Assembly (NCBI GenBank): GCA_963695555.1
Contig: CAVOGR010000002.1
Location: forward strand, 352,001 to 416,000
Direction: 5' to 3'
DNA length: 64,000 bases
Source of the DNA: an uncultured Gemmatimonadales bacterium
Lineage (GTDB): Bacteria; Gemmatimonadota; Gemmatimonadetes; Gemmatimonadales; GWC2-71-9
The position numbers and the translations under genes were made by a program. Position 1 is the stretch's first letter. Each line of letters starts with the position of its first letter. Shown in pieces: positions 34,000 to 42,841 of the stretch. The notes beneath the pieces are model-generated. The model did not search any database, had not been told where the DNA came from, and worked only from the letters and a program-made list of their open reading frames with translations.

Positions 34000-36578
34000 C
34001 CGAGCGGACGGCGATTCGCCAGGGGACCCCCCTCATGCGGCAGTACCAACAGATCAAGTCGCAACATCGCGACGCGATTTTGTTTTTCCGCATGGGGGAC
34101 TTCTACGAGATGTTCTTCGAAGACGCGCAGCTTGGCGCCCGTCTCCTGAACATCACACTCACGTCCCGCGGCGATGGTGTCCCGCTCGCCGGGGTCCCGG
34201 TCAAAGCCGCCGGCGACTACGTGCGCAAGCTCCTCGCCCAGGGGCATCGCGTGGCGATCTGCGAACAGGTCGAAGATCCAAAGACGGCCAAGGGATTGGT
34301 CAAGCGAGAGGTCGTCGAAACGATCACGCCCGGCTCCATTCTCGATGACGGCTGGCTGCCAGGAGATCGCAACAACTTCTTGGTCGCCCTGGTAGGGGAC
34401 GGGACGCACATAGGCATCGCGGCGGCCGATCTCAGTACCGGCGAGTTCTCGATGGAGCTCGCGGCCCACAACGACCTGGACGAGGCGCTCGGGCGACTCG
34501 CACCATCCGAGGTGGTGACGCCGCGGAACGCCGCTCTCCCGCTGGAAAACGGCACGTTGCGAACGGAGCGAGAGGACTGGGAGTTCGAGTCGACCGTGGC
34601 GCGTGGAGATCTGGCGGAACGGTTTGGGTTGGCCTCGGTGGACGGCCTGGGGCTCGGATCTGGTGATGACCTGATGATCGGGGCGGCGGGCGCCTTGTTG
34701 CGCTACCTGGGAGAACTCCAGCCCGGCGGCCTCCCGCACCTGGCCCGGCCAACGATTCGGCGCAGCGAGTCGCACCTCTGGCTCGACGACATGACGCGCC
34801 GAAACCTGGAGTTGGTCGAGCCGCTCCGCGCCGGACCTGGTGCAGTGACTCTCCGGGAAACAATCGACCGCACGGTGACCCCGATGGGTGCGCGGCTGCT
34901 GCGGCAGTGGCTCCTGTCGCCGCTTCGCAATCCCATCATCATTCAGGAGCGCCTCGACGCGGTGGACGTGCTCGTCCAGGACAATCAAGGGCGGGCTCGA
35001 CTTCGGGAAGCACTCGACGGTGTTCGCGACGTGGAGCGATTGGCGAGCCGGGCAGCGGCCGGCCGTGCCACTCCGCGAGAGCTCGGTGCGCTCAGGGACT
35101 CGATCCTGCAGTTCCCGGCACTCTTGGCAGCGCTCGCCGCCCTGACGGATCGGACCCAAAGTGAGGCCCTGAGCCGCATCGCCGAGGGATTCGATGTCTT
35201 GGCGGACCTGGCCGAGGCGCTCTCCGCGGCGCTGAACGACCGACTTCCCGCAACGCTCGGAGAGGGCGGGGTGTTTCGAAGCGGCTTCGATCCCGAGTTG
35301 GACGACGCGCGGTCTCTGCGCGAGGGCGGCAAGCAATACATAGCGGAGCTCCAGGCCCGCGAGCGAGAGCAGACCGGGATCGCCACGTTGAAAGTCGGGT
35401 TCAATAAAGTCTTCGGCTACTACTTGGAAACGACCAAGAGCCACGCGGCGCGTGTGCCGGCACACTACGAGCGCCGCCAGACCCTGACTAACGCCGAGCG
35501 GTTCGTCACCCCCGAACTGAAGGAGCACGAAGCCAAGGTGCTTGGGGCGGAGCAGCGGGTCGAAACTCGAGAGTCCGAATTGTTTCACGAGTTACGCCAG
35601 CGGGCCGGAGCAGCGATCGAACGGCTGCAGCGCGCGGCGCGCGCCCTTGCACAGATCGACGTCTGGGCCGGGCTGGCGGAGGTCGCCACACACCATCGCT
35701 ATGTTCGCCCGGTCATAACCTCTGATTTTGCCTTGTCACTCACGGGGAGCCGCCATCCCGTGCTCGAGCGCGTGATGGCCCGTGAAGAGTTCATTCCCAA
35801 TGATGTCGCCTTCGACCGCGCGGAACGAGTCCTTCTCGTCACTGGTCCGAACATGGCTGGCAAGTCAACCATTCTCCGCCAGATCGGGCTCATCGTTGTC
35901 CTCGCTCAGATGGGGGCCTTCGTGCCCGCATCCGCGGCCACCATCGGGGTGGTCGATCGGCTCTTCACCCGGGTTGGGGCCAGCGACAACCTCGCACGCG
36001 GGCAATCGACGTTCATGGTAGAAATGAGCGAGTCCAGCGCCATTCTCCACAATGCGACGGCCGACAGTTTGGTGCTACTCGACGAAATCGGCCGCGGGAC
36101 ATCGACCTATGACGGCGTGGCCATTGCGTGGGCCGTCACGGAGCATCTCCATGATGTCGTAGGGTGCAAGACGATGTTTGCTACCCACTATCACGAACTG
36201 ATGCAACTGCCCGAGCGGCTCCAGCACGCACGCAATTGGAACGTTGCGGTACGAGAGACCGGGAATACGGTGATCTTCTTGCATCGCCTCGAACCAGGGG
36301 GCACCGATCGGTCCTACGGCATCCACGTTGCCGAGCTTGCCGGGCTGCCCTCCACCGTCGTGCAGCGGGCCAACGAGATCTTGCTCACTCTCGAACACGA
36401 ACACCGTGTCGCCCCAGGTGCGCCACCACGACCACCCGACCCGGGACAGCTGGCATTGTTCGGCGAGCCCGGGGCCCATCCGGCCGTGAAGGCGCTGCAG
36501 GACCTTGATGTCGATTCATTGACGCCGCTCGAGGCCCTGAACCGCTTGGCCGACCTCAAACGACGCGCGGGAGAATAA
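33996..36578 (+). CDS. mutS: DNA mismatch repair protein MutS
   Basis: TPLMRQY, FRMGDFYEMF, TGPNMAGKST, STFMVEM, DEIGRGTST, FATHYHEL, SYGIHVA. Confidence 0.98.
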   Translation: MTERTAIRQGTPLMRQYQQIKSQHRDAILFFRMGDFYEMFFEDAQLGARLLNITLTSRGDGVPLAGVPVKAAGDYVRKLLAQGHRVAICEQVEDPKTAKGLVKREVVETITPGSILDDGWLPGDRNNFLVALVGDGTHIGIAAADLSTGEFSMELAAHNDLDEALGRLAPSEVVTPRNAALPLENGTLRTEREDWEFESTVARGDLAERFGLASVDGLGLGSGDDLMIGAAGALLRYLGELQPGGLPHLARPTIRRSESHLWLDDMTRRNLELVEPLRAGPGAVTLRETIDRTVTPMGARLLRQWLLSPLRNPIIIQERLDAVDVLVQDNQGRARLREALDGVRDVERLASRAAAGRATPRELGALRDSILQFPALLAALAALTDRTQSEALSRIAEGFDVLADLAEALSAALNDRLPATLGEGGVFRSGFDPELDDARSLREGGKQYIAELQAREREQTGIATLKVGFNKVFGYYLETTKSHAARVPAHYERRQTLTNAERFVTPELKEHEAKVLGAEQRVETRESELFHELRQRAGAAIERLQRAARALAQIDVWAGLAEVATHHRYVRPVITSDFALSLTGSRHPVLERVMAREEFIPNDVAFDRAERVLLVTGPNMAGKSTILRQIGLIVVLAQMGAFVPASAATIGVVDRLFTRVGASDNLARGQSTFMVEMSESSAILHNATADSLVLLDEIGRGTSTYDGVAIAWAVTEHLHDVVGCKTMFATHYHELMQLPERLQHARNWNVAVRETGNTVIFLHRLEPGGTDRSYGIHVAELAGLPSTVVQRANEILLTLEHEHRVAPGAPPRPPDPGQLALFGEPGAHPAVKALQDLDVDSLTPLEALNRLADLKRRAGE

Positions 36579-36579
36579 G

Positions 36580-36987
36580 ATGCGGACCGTTGCCTGGGTC
36601 TTGTTGGTCGCGGCAAGCGTGGTCGGGTGCCGGAGCGCGAAGGAAGACACCGGAACCCAGCTGTCCCGGCCTGGGGCAGACCGGAGGGATCAATCCCCCA
36701 TCTCCACCAACGCCGACCCTCCGGTGCAGTATCCCCCCGATTTGTTCGCGCAACGCGTCGAAGGAACGGTGGTGCTTCGACTCTTCGTCGACTCCACCGG
36801 AGCCGTGAACCCCGATTCCACCCGGATACGGGAGTCGAGCGGTCACCCCGGCCTCGATTCGGCCGCGCTCAGCGCTGTTCCGGCACTGCGCTTCGCGCCG
36901 GCCTTGCGAAACGGTGTCCCGGTGAGCACCGCCTTCGAGCAGCCGATCATCTTCCAGCAACCCGGCACCGGAGAGACGGCCCCATGA
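36580..36987 (+). CDS. TonB C-terminal domain lipoprotein
   Basis: Lipobox VVGC; YP....VEGTVVLRLFVD.TG; SSG...LDSAAL; FAPA..NG.PV. Confidence 0.82.
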   Translation: MRTVAWVLLVAASVVGCRSAKEDTGTQLSRPGADRRDQSPISTNADPPVQYPPDLFAQRVEGTVVLRLFVDSTGAVNPDSTRIRESSGHPGLDSAALSAVPALRFAPALRNGVPVSTAFEQPIIFQQPGTGETAP

Positions 36988-38372
36988 CGCCTCAACACAC
37001 CAAACCGTACGACTCCGTCCTCGACACTATCGGGTGGACCCCCTTGATCCGCCTGAGTCGGGTGGGGGCGGGGCTCCGCACGCCTGTGTCCGGGAAGGCC
37101 GAGTTCGCAAACCCCGGTGGGTCGGTCAAAGACCGCATCGGACTTGCGATTATCGAGGACGCCGAGCGGCGGGGCGACCTGAAGCCCGGCGGCGTGATCG
37201 TGGAAGGGACCTCCGGGAACACCGGTGTCGGGTTGGCGTTGGCCGCCGCGCTCAAGGGCTACCGCTGCATCTTCACGATGCCGGATAAGATGTCTCAAGA
37301 GAAGGTTCGATTGCTCAAGGCCTATGGCGCGGAGGTGGTGATCACCCCGACCGCCGTTCCCCCAGACCATCCGGACAACTATGTGATGCGCGCCAAGCGC
37401 ATCGTCCAAGAAACCGCTGGCGCCGTGCTCGCCAATCAGTTCTATAACGATGTGAACCCGGAGGCGCACTACGCAACGACGGGGCCCGAGATCTGGGCCC
37501 AAACGGATGGCAAGGTGACCCACTTCGTGGCTGGTGCCGGCACCGGCGGGACAGTCAGCGGAGCCGGGAAATACTTGAAGGAACGCAACCCGGCCATTCG
37601 CGTGATCGCGGCCGACCCGGTCGGGTCCCTCTACACCGGCTACGCCGTGCATCGTGAGATGGGCGAGGGCGCGCCCTACAAGGTGGAGGGTGTGGGGGGA
37701 GACAAAATCCCTACGACCATCTGGTTCGATTACATCGACGAGTTCCGGCAGGTGTCCGACCGCGACTCGTTCGCCATGGCCCGCCGATTGGCGCGTGAGG
37801 AGGGGATGCTGGTCGGCGGGTCGGCGGGCATGAACGTCGCATTGGCATGCGAGATTGCACGAGAGGTGAACGACCCGGACGCGTTGGTCGTGACCATCTT
37901 GTGCGACACCGGCGAGCGATACTTATCCAAGCTGTTCAACGACGAATGGATGCGAGAGAACCAACTGCTGGAGGTGCCGCGCGTCACGGTGGCGCAGCTG
38001 CTCGAGCGACGCCGGTCCACGGCACCGGCTGTGGTGAGCGTCGCACCGGCCGCCGCGGTGCGTCAAGCCCTCAACCTCATGAATTCCTGGGAGGTCAGCC
38101 AGATCCCGGTGCTGGAGAACGAGGAATGCGTCGGCAGCCTCAGCGAAGGAACCCTGATGGCGCGGGCGCTAGCCCAACCCACCATTCTCGACCGTCCGGT
38201 CAAGGAGGTGATGGAGCCCCCGTTTCCTGTCGTCAGTGCCACCTGCCCCGCCGACCAAGTGGCCCCCATGTTGTCGCGCGACACACCCGCTGTCCTGGTC
38301 GAACGCGGCGGCAGCCTCATTGGCGTCGTCAGTCGGTTCGACGTGCTCCAGCAGCTGATCGGAGCCCAGTAA
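36984..38372 (+). CDS. Cystathionine beta-synthase (PLP domain + CBS pair)
   Basis: NPGGSVKDR, TSGNTG, GAGTGGT, YKVEGVG, DTGERYLSK, then C-terminal CBS domains. Confidence 0.92.
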   Translation: MTPQHTKPYDSVLDTIGWTPLIRLSRVGAGLRTPVSGKAEFANPGGSVKDRIGLAIIEDAERRGDLKPGGVIVEGTSGNTGVGLALAAALKGYRCIFTMPDKMSQEKVRLLKAYGAEVVITPTAVPPDHPDNYVMRAKRIVQETAGAVLANQFYNDVNPEAHYATTGPEIWAQTDGKVTHFVAGAGTGGTVSGAGKYLKERNPAIRVIAADPVGSLYTGYAVHREMGEGAPYKVEGVGGDKIPTTIWFDYIDEFRQVSDRDSFAMARRLAREEGMLVGGSAGMNVALACEIAREVNDPDALVVTILCDTGERYLSKLFNDEWMRENQLLEVPRVTVAQLLERRRSTAPAVVSVAPAAAVRQALNLMNSWEVSQIPVLENEECVGSLSEGTLMARALAQPTILDRPVKEVMEPPFPVVSATCPADQVAPMLSRDTPAVLVERGGSLIGVVSRFDVLQQLIGAQ

Positions 38373-38373
38373 G

Positions 38374-39381
38374 ATGCGGATCACGGTGCTCACGGGCGGG
38401 ACTTCTTCCGAGCGCGATGTGGCCATCGCGTCGGCCGTGCAGGTCGTCGCGGCGCTGCGCTCTCGTAATCACGATGTTCGCGTCGTCGATACGGCCAGGG
38501 GCTACGTGCCACCCCTGGAAGAATCCTCGCTGCTCCAAGCATCGGTCGGAGCCACCCCGCCGTCGCTCGAGGCATTGGCAGCGCTAGAACGTGGGCTCCT
38601 CATGTCGGGGCTTGGGAATCTTCCCGTAGTGCGTGATGCCGAGGTGGTCTTCTTGGCCCTTCACGGCGGGTGGGGAGAGGACGGCACCATCCAGTCGATT
38701 CTCGAAGTGATCGGCGTTCCGTATACCGGGAGTGGACCGCTGGGCAGTGCCTTGGCCTTGGACAAGGACATCTCGAAGCGACTGTTCCGACAAGCGGGCA
38801 TTCCGACTCCCGACTGGCTCATGGCGCCGCAACCGGCCCGCGAGGTCGGGCAACGGCTCGGCTGGCCGGTGGTGGTCAAACCGTCCCATGAAGGATCAAC
38901 GGTGGGCTTGAGCGTGGTCCAAGGGCCGGAGGAGCTCGCGGCGGCAGTCGAGACGGCCTCGGTCTACGATGCCGAGGTTCTCATCGAGGCCTTCGTTCCC
39001 GGGCGTGAGGTGACGGTCGGGGTGTTGGCCGATCAGGCGTTGACGGTCGGCGAGATCGTTCCTCAGCACGAGATTTTCGACTACGTGTGCAAGTATACCC
39101 CGGGCATGTCCGAGGAGACCTTCCCTGCCGATCTGCCCGCCGATATCGTGGAGTCCTGTCAACAGCTCGCCGTGGCGGTGCACCGGGCCCTCAAGTTGGG
39201 CGGCTATTCGCGGGTGGATTTTCGCTTGACAGCCCAGGGACAACCGCTCTGTTTAGAGGTGAATACCCTGCCAGGACTGACCTCGACCAGCCTGCTTCCC
39301 CAGTCAGCCAGGGCTTCCGGCATCGATTTTGCCGAACTGTGCCACCGCATTTGCGCCGCGGAGGTCCCCCGGGGCGCCTGA
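38374..39381 (+). CDS. ddl: D-alanine--D-alanine ligase
   Basis: GGTSSERDV, ALHGGWGEDG, PYTGS, EGSTVG, FDYVCKY, RVDF, EVNTLPG. Confidence 0.95.
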   Translation: MRITVLTGGTSSERDVAIASAVQVVAALRSRNHDVRVVDTARGYVPPLEESSLLQASVGATPPSLEALAALERGLLMSGLGNLPVVRDAEVVFLALHGGWGEDGTIQSILEVIGVPYTGSGPLGSALALDKDISKRLFRQAGIPTPDWLMAPQPAREVGQRLGWPVVVKPSHEGSTVGLSVVQGPEELAAAVETASVYDAEVLIEAFVPGREVTVGVLADQALTVGEIVPQHEIFDYVCKYTPGMSEETFPADLPADIVESCQQLAVAVHRALKLGGYSRVDFRLTAQGQPLCLEVNTLPGLTSTSLLPQSARASGIDFAELCHRICAAEVPRGA

Positions 39382-39409
39382 GTGGGAGTCTCCAAGAGGC
39401 CAGCGTTTC

Positions 39410-40240
39410 ATGAATCTGTTGCAGCAGCCCCGCATGACCCGGTGGGTTGGACGACTCATTATCGCCAATGCAGTCGTCTTGCTGCTGTTGATGACCCTCT
39501 TTCCCGCATTGGCCCCTACCCTGGCCTTTCAGCCTGCCCGAGCCTTCCGTGCACCGTGGACGTTCGTCACCTATATGTTCGTCCACGCCGGCCCGCTCCA
39601 TCTTGCGTTCAACATGCTGATGTTGTTCTTCCTCGGTCCGCCCGTCGAGCGCCGCATGACGAGCCGCGGATTCGTTCGATACTATTTCCTGTGCGGCCTG
39701 GGCGGAGCGGTCTTGTCCCTGGGGCTGGCAACCGTCATGCCCGTGGCACCTTTTCTTGGAGCATCTGCGGCCGTGTTGGGCGTGGCCGTTGCGTTTGCCA
39801 TGTATTGGCCCACCGCGGAACTGATGGTCTTTCCGATCCCGATCCCCATCAAGGCCCGCACGCTTATTGGCGGAATCGTCTTGCTGGATCTGACCTTTGC
39901 GGTCATCGGGCGCGCCGATGGCATCGCCCATTGGGCCCATCTCGGTGGCGCGCTGTTCGGCTATCTTGCCTTCCGCTTCCAAGAGATCGCCCCACGGCGG
40001 CCTGCGTCGCCGGAGGCCCCAGCAGAACGCGTCCTCGTGTTGAAACCCGAACAACGCGCCGCGGCTCGTGACACGTTGCCTCCGCGGCCGGAGGGACCGC
40101 GCGCACGAAAGGACTCGGCCGCCAAAGAAATGGACCGCGTGCTCGACAAGATCAGCGCGCTGGGCATCACCAGCCTCACGCCAGAGGAGCGTCGTTTCCT
40201 GGATACCATCGCGCAGCGCAAGAAAAACGAATTGCATTGA
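39410..40240 (+). CDS. Rhomboid-family intramembrane serine protease with C-terminal helical domain
   Basis: PWTFVTYMFVH, HLAFNML, GASAA, AHLGG; tail MDRVLDKIS.LG..SLT.EE. Confidence 0.92.
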   Translation: MNLLQQPRMTRWVGRLIIANAVVLLLLMTLFPALAPTLAFQPARAFRAPWTFVTYMFVHAGPLHLAFNMLMLFFLGPPVERRMTSRGFVRYYFLCGLGGAVLSLGLATVMPVAPFLGASAAVLGVAVAFAMYWPTAELMVFPIPIPIKARTLIGGIVLLDLTFAVIGRADGIAHWAHLGGALFGYLAFRFQEIAPRRPASPEAPAERVLVLKPEQRAAARDTLPPRPEGPRARKDSAAKEMDRVLDKISALGITSLTPEERRFLDTIAQRKKNELH

Positions 40241-40250
40241 CCCGCATCGC

Positions 40251-40279
40251 TTGACCGCGCGGTGGTGCGTTGCTATTGT
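40251..40279 (+). promoter_or_regulatory. sigma70 promoter, probably driving a leaderless mRNA
   Basis: TTGACC(40251)-N17-TATTGT(40274) with TG extension; GTG start at 40285. Confidence 0.6.
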
Positions 40280-40284
40280 GGCGC

Positions 40285-41229
40285 GTGCTGATTGATCTCG
40301 TATCCGATTTCCTCTCCGTCCTCGACGCGACCGATCGGTTGGCGGCCTACCGCAGTTATTTCGAGACCAATCGCCCGCTCCTTTCCGCCTACTGGCGCAA
40401 TTACGTCCTCGACCCCGATACACCGCCAGCCAAACAGGTGGTGGAACAGGCCCTCGCGGCCGACCGGAGCGACCTCCGAGCGCTCGTCGAGTCCGTGGAC
40501 TTGGTACGGATGGCGGAGGACACGCTGGCTCGCGCCAGTGATGTGTTGCGCATCGATCGTCCGACCGATGTCTGCCTCATGGTCGGGGTTGGCGGGGCCA
40601 ATGCGGGCGAGCTCGTGATCCGAGGGCGCGGGGTGGCGTTCATCTGCGTCGAACACTTCACTGGCAAGGCCAATCCCGAGACCTTCGGACTTGGCCTGTC
40701 CCCCGAGCTCATCCCGCTATGGATCGCCCATGAACTGGCTCACGCCGTGCGCTACACCTCGCCCGAGAGCCAAAGCCCCATGCGGCAGCTGATTCGGGAG
40801 GCGGGCGGATACTACGATTATTGGCAGACGGGAAGTTGGGCCACCCTCCGTGAGCTCATGATCAACGAGGGGTTAGCCGTGCACGCGTCGCAGATTGTGG
40901 CGCCGGGCTTCGATCCCGCGGACTACTTTGGCTATGCTCGGCGACAATACCACCGGCTCCGGGAACTGGAAGCCTTTCTGCGGCGGGCGACCGACGTCGA
41001 TCTCGACCGCCGCGCGCTGGGCCTGAGGCTCCGTTTCCTCGCCGGCGGCATGAGTCCAGCAGCTCGGCTCGTGCGCGGACGCGTTATCCCCGAGCGGGCG
41101 GGCTATTACCTCGGACACCGAATGGCGGAGGCACTGGTTGCCGAGCGTGGCATTGCGGCTGCCTTGCGAGCCAAGACCGAGGACTTCCAGCAGGCCGAAG
41201 GCCACGCGCGAGGGTTTCAGACTGCCTGA
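40285..41229 (+). CDS. Putative Zn-dependent protease (DUF2268-like)
   Basis: HELAH plus downstream NEGLA third ligand; GYYLG near the C-terminus. Confidence 0.75.
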   Translation: MLIDLVSDFLSVLDATDRLAAYRSYFETNRPLLSAYWRNYVLDPDTPPAKQVVEQALAADRSDLRALVESVDLVRMAEDTLARASDVLRIDRPTDVCLMVGVGGANAGELVIRGRGVAFICVEHFTGKANPETFGLGLSPELIPLWIAHELAHAVRYTSPESQSPMRQLIREAGGYYDYWQTGSWATLRELMINEGLAVHASQIVAPGFDPADYFGYARRQYHRLRELEAFLRRATDVDLDRRALGLRLRFLAGGMSPAARLVRGRVIPERAGYYLGHRMAEALVAERGIAAALRAKTEDFQQAEGHARGFQTA

Positions 41230-41411
41230 TCCTCGGCCTCTTTGTGGCTGCCGTCACAAAAGGGGCGAATCTTCGATCGGCCACACCCGCAGAGTTTGAT
41301 CCTACCCTCTCGCTGCTTGGGCGGCGGGGTGATCTCGTTGCCCTCTGGGTCGCGCAGGGTGACTGGGCCCTCGATCACGATGGGACCCTTGGGTTTGACG
41401 ATCACCTCCAT
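41217..41411 (-). CDS. CDGSH iron-sulfur domain protein
   Basis: LCGCGRSKIRPFCDGSH; GGAAGG RBS. Confidence 0.93.
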   Translation of the reverse strand: MEVIVKPKGPIVIEGPVTLRDPEGNEITPPPKQREGRIKLCGCGRSKIRPFCDGSHKEAEDQAV

Positions 41412-41445
41412 AGAAGCCTTCCTCGATCAGTTGGTCGCGCCGGTC

Positions 41446-42816
41446 TCACTTACCGACGCAAAATGATGCGAATACGCGGTCGAGCACATCTTCGACGTCC
41501 ACCGCGCCGATGAGTTCGTCCAACGCGCGGACGGCCTCATGAATGTGGTGTGCGGCGAGGACGGCCTCCCCCCGGCCCACCAGCAACGGGCGCGCCTGGC
41601 CCAGGGCCTCCTGCGACCGGCGTAGCGCCTCCCGATGGCGTTCCCGCGTGAGCACGGGCTCCAGGTCTGCGAGCTGCCATTGCTCCGCAAAGGCGACCCG
41701 GGCCACCTCCCTTCGCAGGACGTCGAGACCCGCACCGGTCGTGACGGAGACGGCGATGCCCTCCCCCGCGTCTGCTGCCAGGTCGGCCTTGGTCCGAACC
41801 GCGAGCACTCGAGCGCCCGGACGGAGGCGCTCCTCGGTCGAGTCGCCGTCTCCTGGGTATCCACGGAGCCATGCTTGCTCTTGGTCATCAAATTCGCGGC
41901 CTGCCTCGACGCAAAACAACACCAGGTCGGCTGCATATAGATAGCGCCGGCTCACCTCGATCCCCAGCAGTTCCACCGGCTCTACCACGTGACGCAAACC
42001 CGCCGTGTCGACCAACCGGACCGGCCACCCGTGGAATTCCGTGGCCGACTCGATAGCGTCCCTGGTGGTCCCAGGGATATCGGTCACGATGGCCCGCTCG
42101 AGCCCGAGTAGGCTGTTGAACAACGAGGACTTGCCGGTGTTGGGCCGGCCCGCAAAAACCACCAGAGCTCCTTCACGGATCCGTTCTCCGGCGGGCGCGG
42201 TCGCGATGAGGCCGTCGATCTCGGCCGCCACCCGGTCGAGGTGGTCCGGGGCTCGCGTGGGAACCAGCGGGCCGTCGTCTTCCTCCGGAAAGTCGATGTC
42301 GTAGCTCAGCAAGGCCTCGAGCTCCAGCAGCTCGTCTCGCAACCGTGCCAGGCGCCGTGACAGCGCGCCGTCGAGTTGTTGGAGCGCGAGCCTCGCCTGC
42401 TCGGGCGCCGTCGCGTCGACCAGGTCCCCAACCCCTTCGGCCTGGACCAGGTCCAGCTTGCCGTTCAAGACGGCCCGGCGGGTGAACTCCCCCGGGTAAG
42501 CCTGCCGCGCGCCGGCCGCCCCGAGCGCCGCGATGACCCTCGCGGGCGCCACCAATCCCCCATGGCAGGACAGTTCGACCATGTCCTCCCCGGTATAGCT
42601 CACGGGGCCCGGGAAGACCGTATAGAGGCCACGATCGGCCGGCTGGCCTGTGGCGTCGAGAAACACGGCCAGGGTCGCTCGGCGCGACGGTTCGACGCGG
42701 AAGTGGGAGATGACCTTCGCGGCCACCTCGAAGGCGCCCTCGCCACTCAGACGAATGACGGCGAGCGCGGCCCGCCCCGGCGGTGTTGCCAGGGCCACGA
42801 TGGGATCCGAGAGCAT
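41446..42816 (-). CDS. mnmE: tRNA modification GTPase MnmE
   Basis: IVALATPPG, SYTGED, GEFTRRA, GRPNTGKSS, GTTRD, DTAG, terminal FCVGK. Confidence 0.97.
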   Translation of the reverse strand: MLSDPIVALATPPGRAALAVIRLSGEGAFEVAAKVISHFRVEPSRRATLAVFLDATGQPADRGLYTVFPGPVSYTGEDMVELSCHGGLVAPARVIAALGAAGARQAYPGEFTRRAVLNGKLDLVQAEGVGDLVDATAPEQARLALQQLDGALSRRLARLRDELLELEALLSYDIDFPEEDDGPLVPTRAPDHLDRVAAEIDGLIATAPAGERIREGALVVFAGRPNTGKSSLFNSLLGLERAIVTDIPGTTRDAIESATEFHGWPVRLVDTAGLRHVVEPVELLGIEVSRRYLYAADLVLFCVEAGREFDDQEQAWLRGYPGDGDSTEERLRPGARVLAVRTKADLAADAGEGIAVSVTTGAGLDVLRREVARVAFAEQWQLADLEPVLTRERHREALRRSQEALGQARPLLVGRGEAVLAAHHIHEAVRALDELIGAVDVEDVLDRVFASFCVGK

Positions 42817-42841
42817 GCGGAAAGGTAAGAGCGGGGTCCGG

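Noticed and set aside
33777..35588. Long antisense ORFs (e.g. 603 aa opposite mutS, 527 aa opposite the histidine kinase)
   Set aside because: Expected in high-GC coding DNA; no recognisable motifs and fully nested opposite well-supported genes.
35581..35596. parS-like TGTTTCACGAGTTACG inside mutS
   Set aside because: Only one half-site matches (12/16) and it is not palindromic; no parAB in the window.
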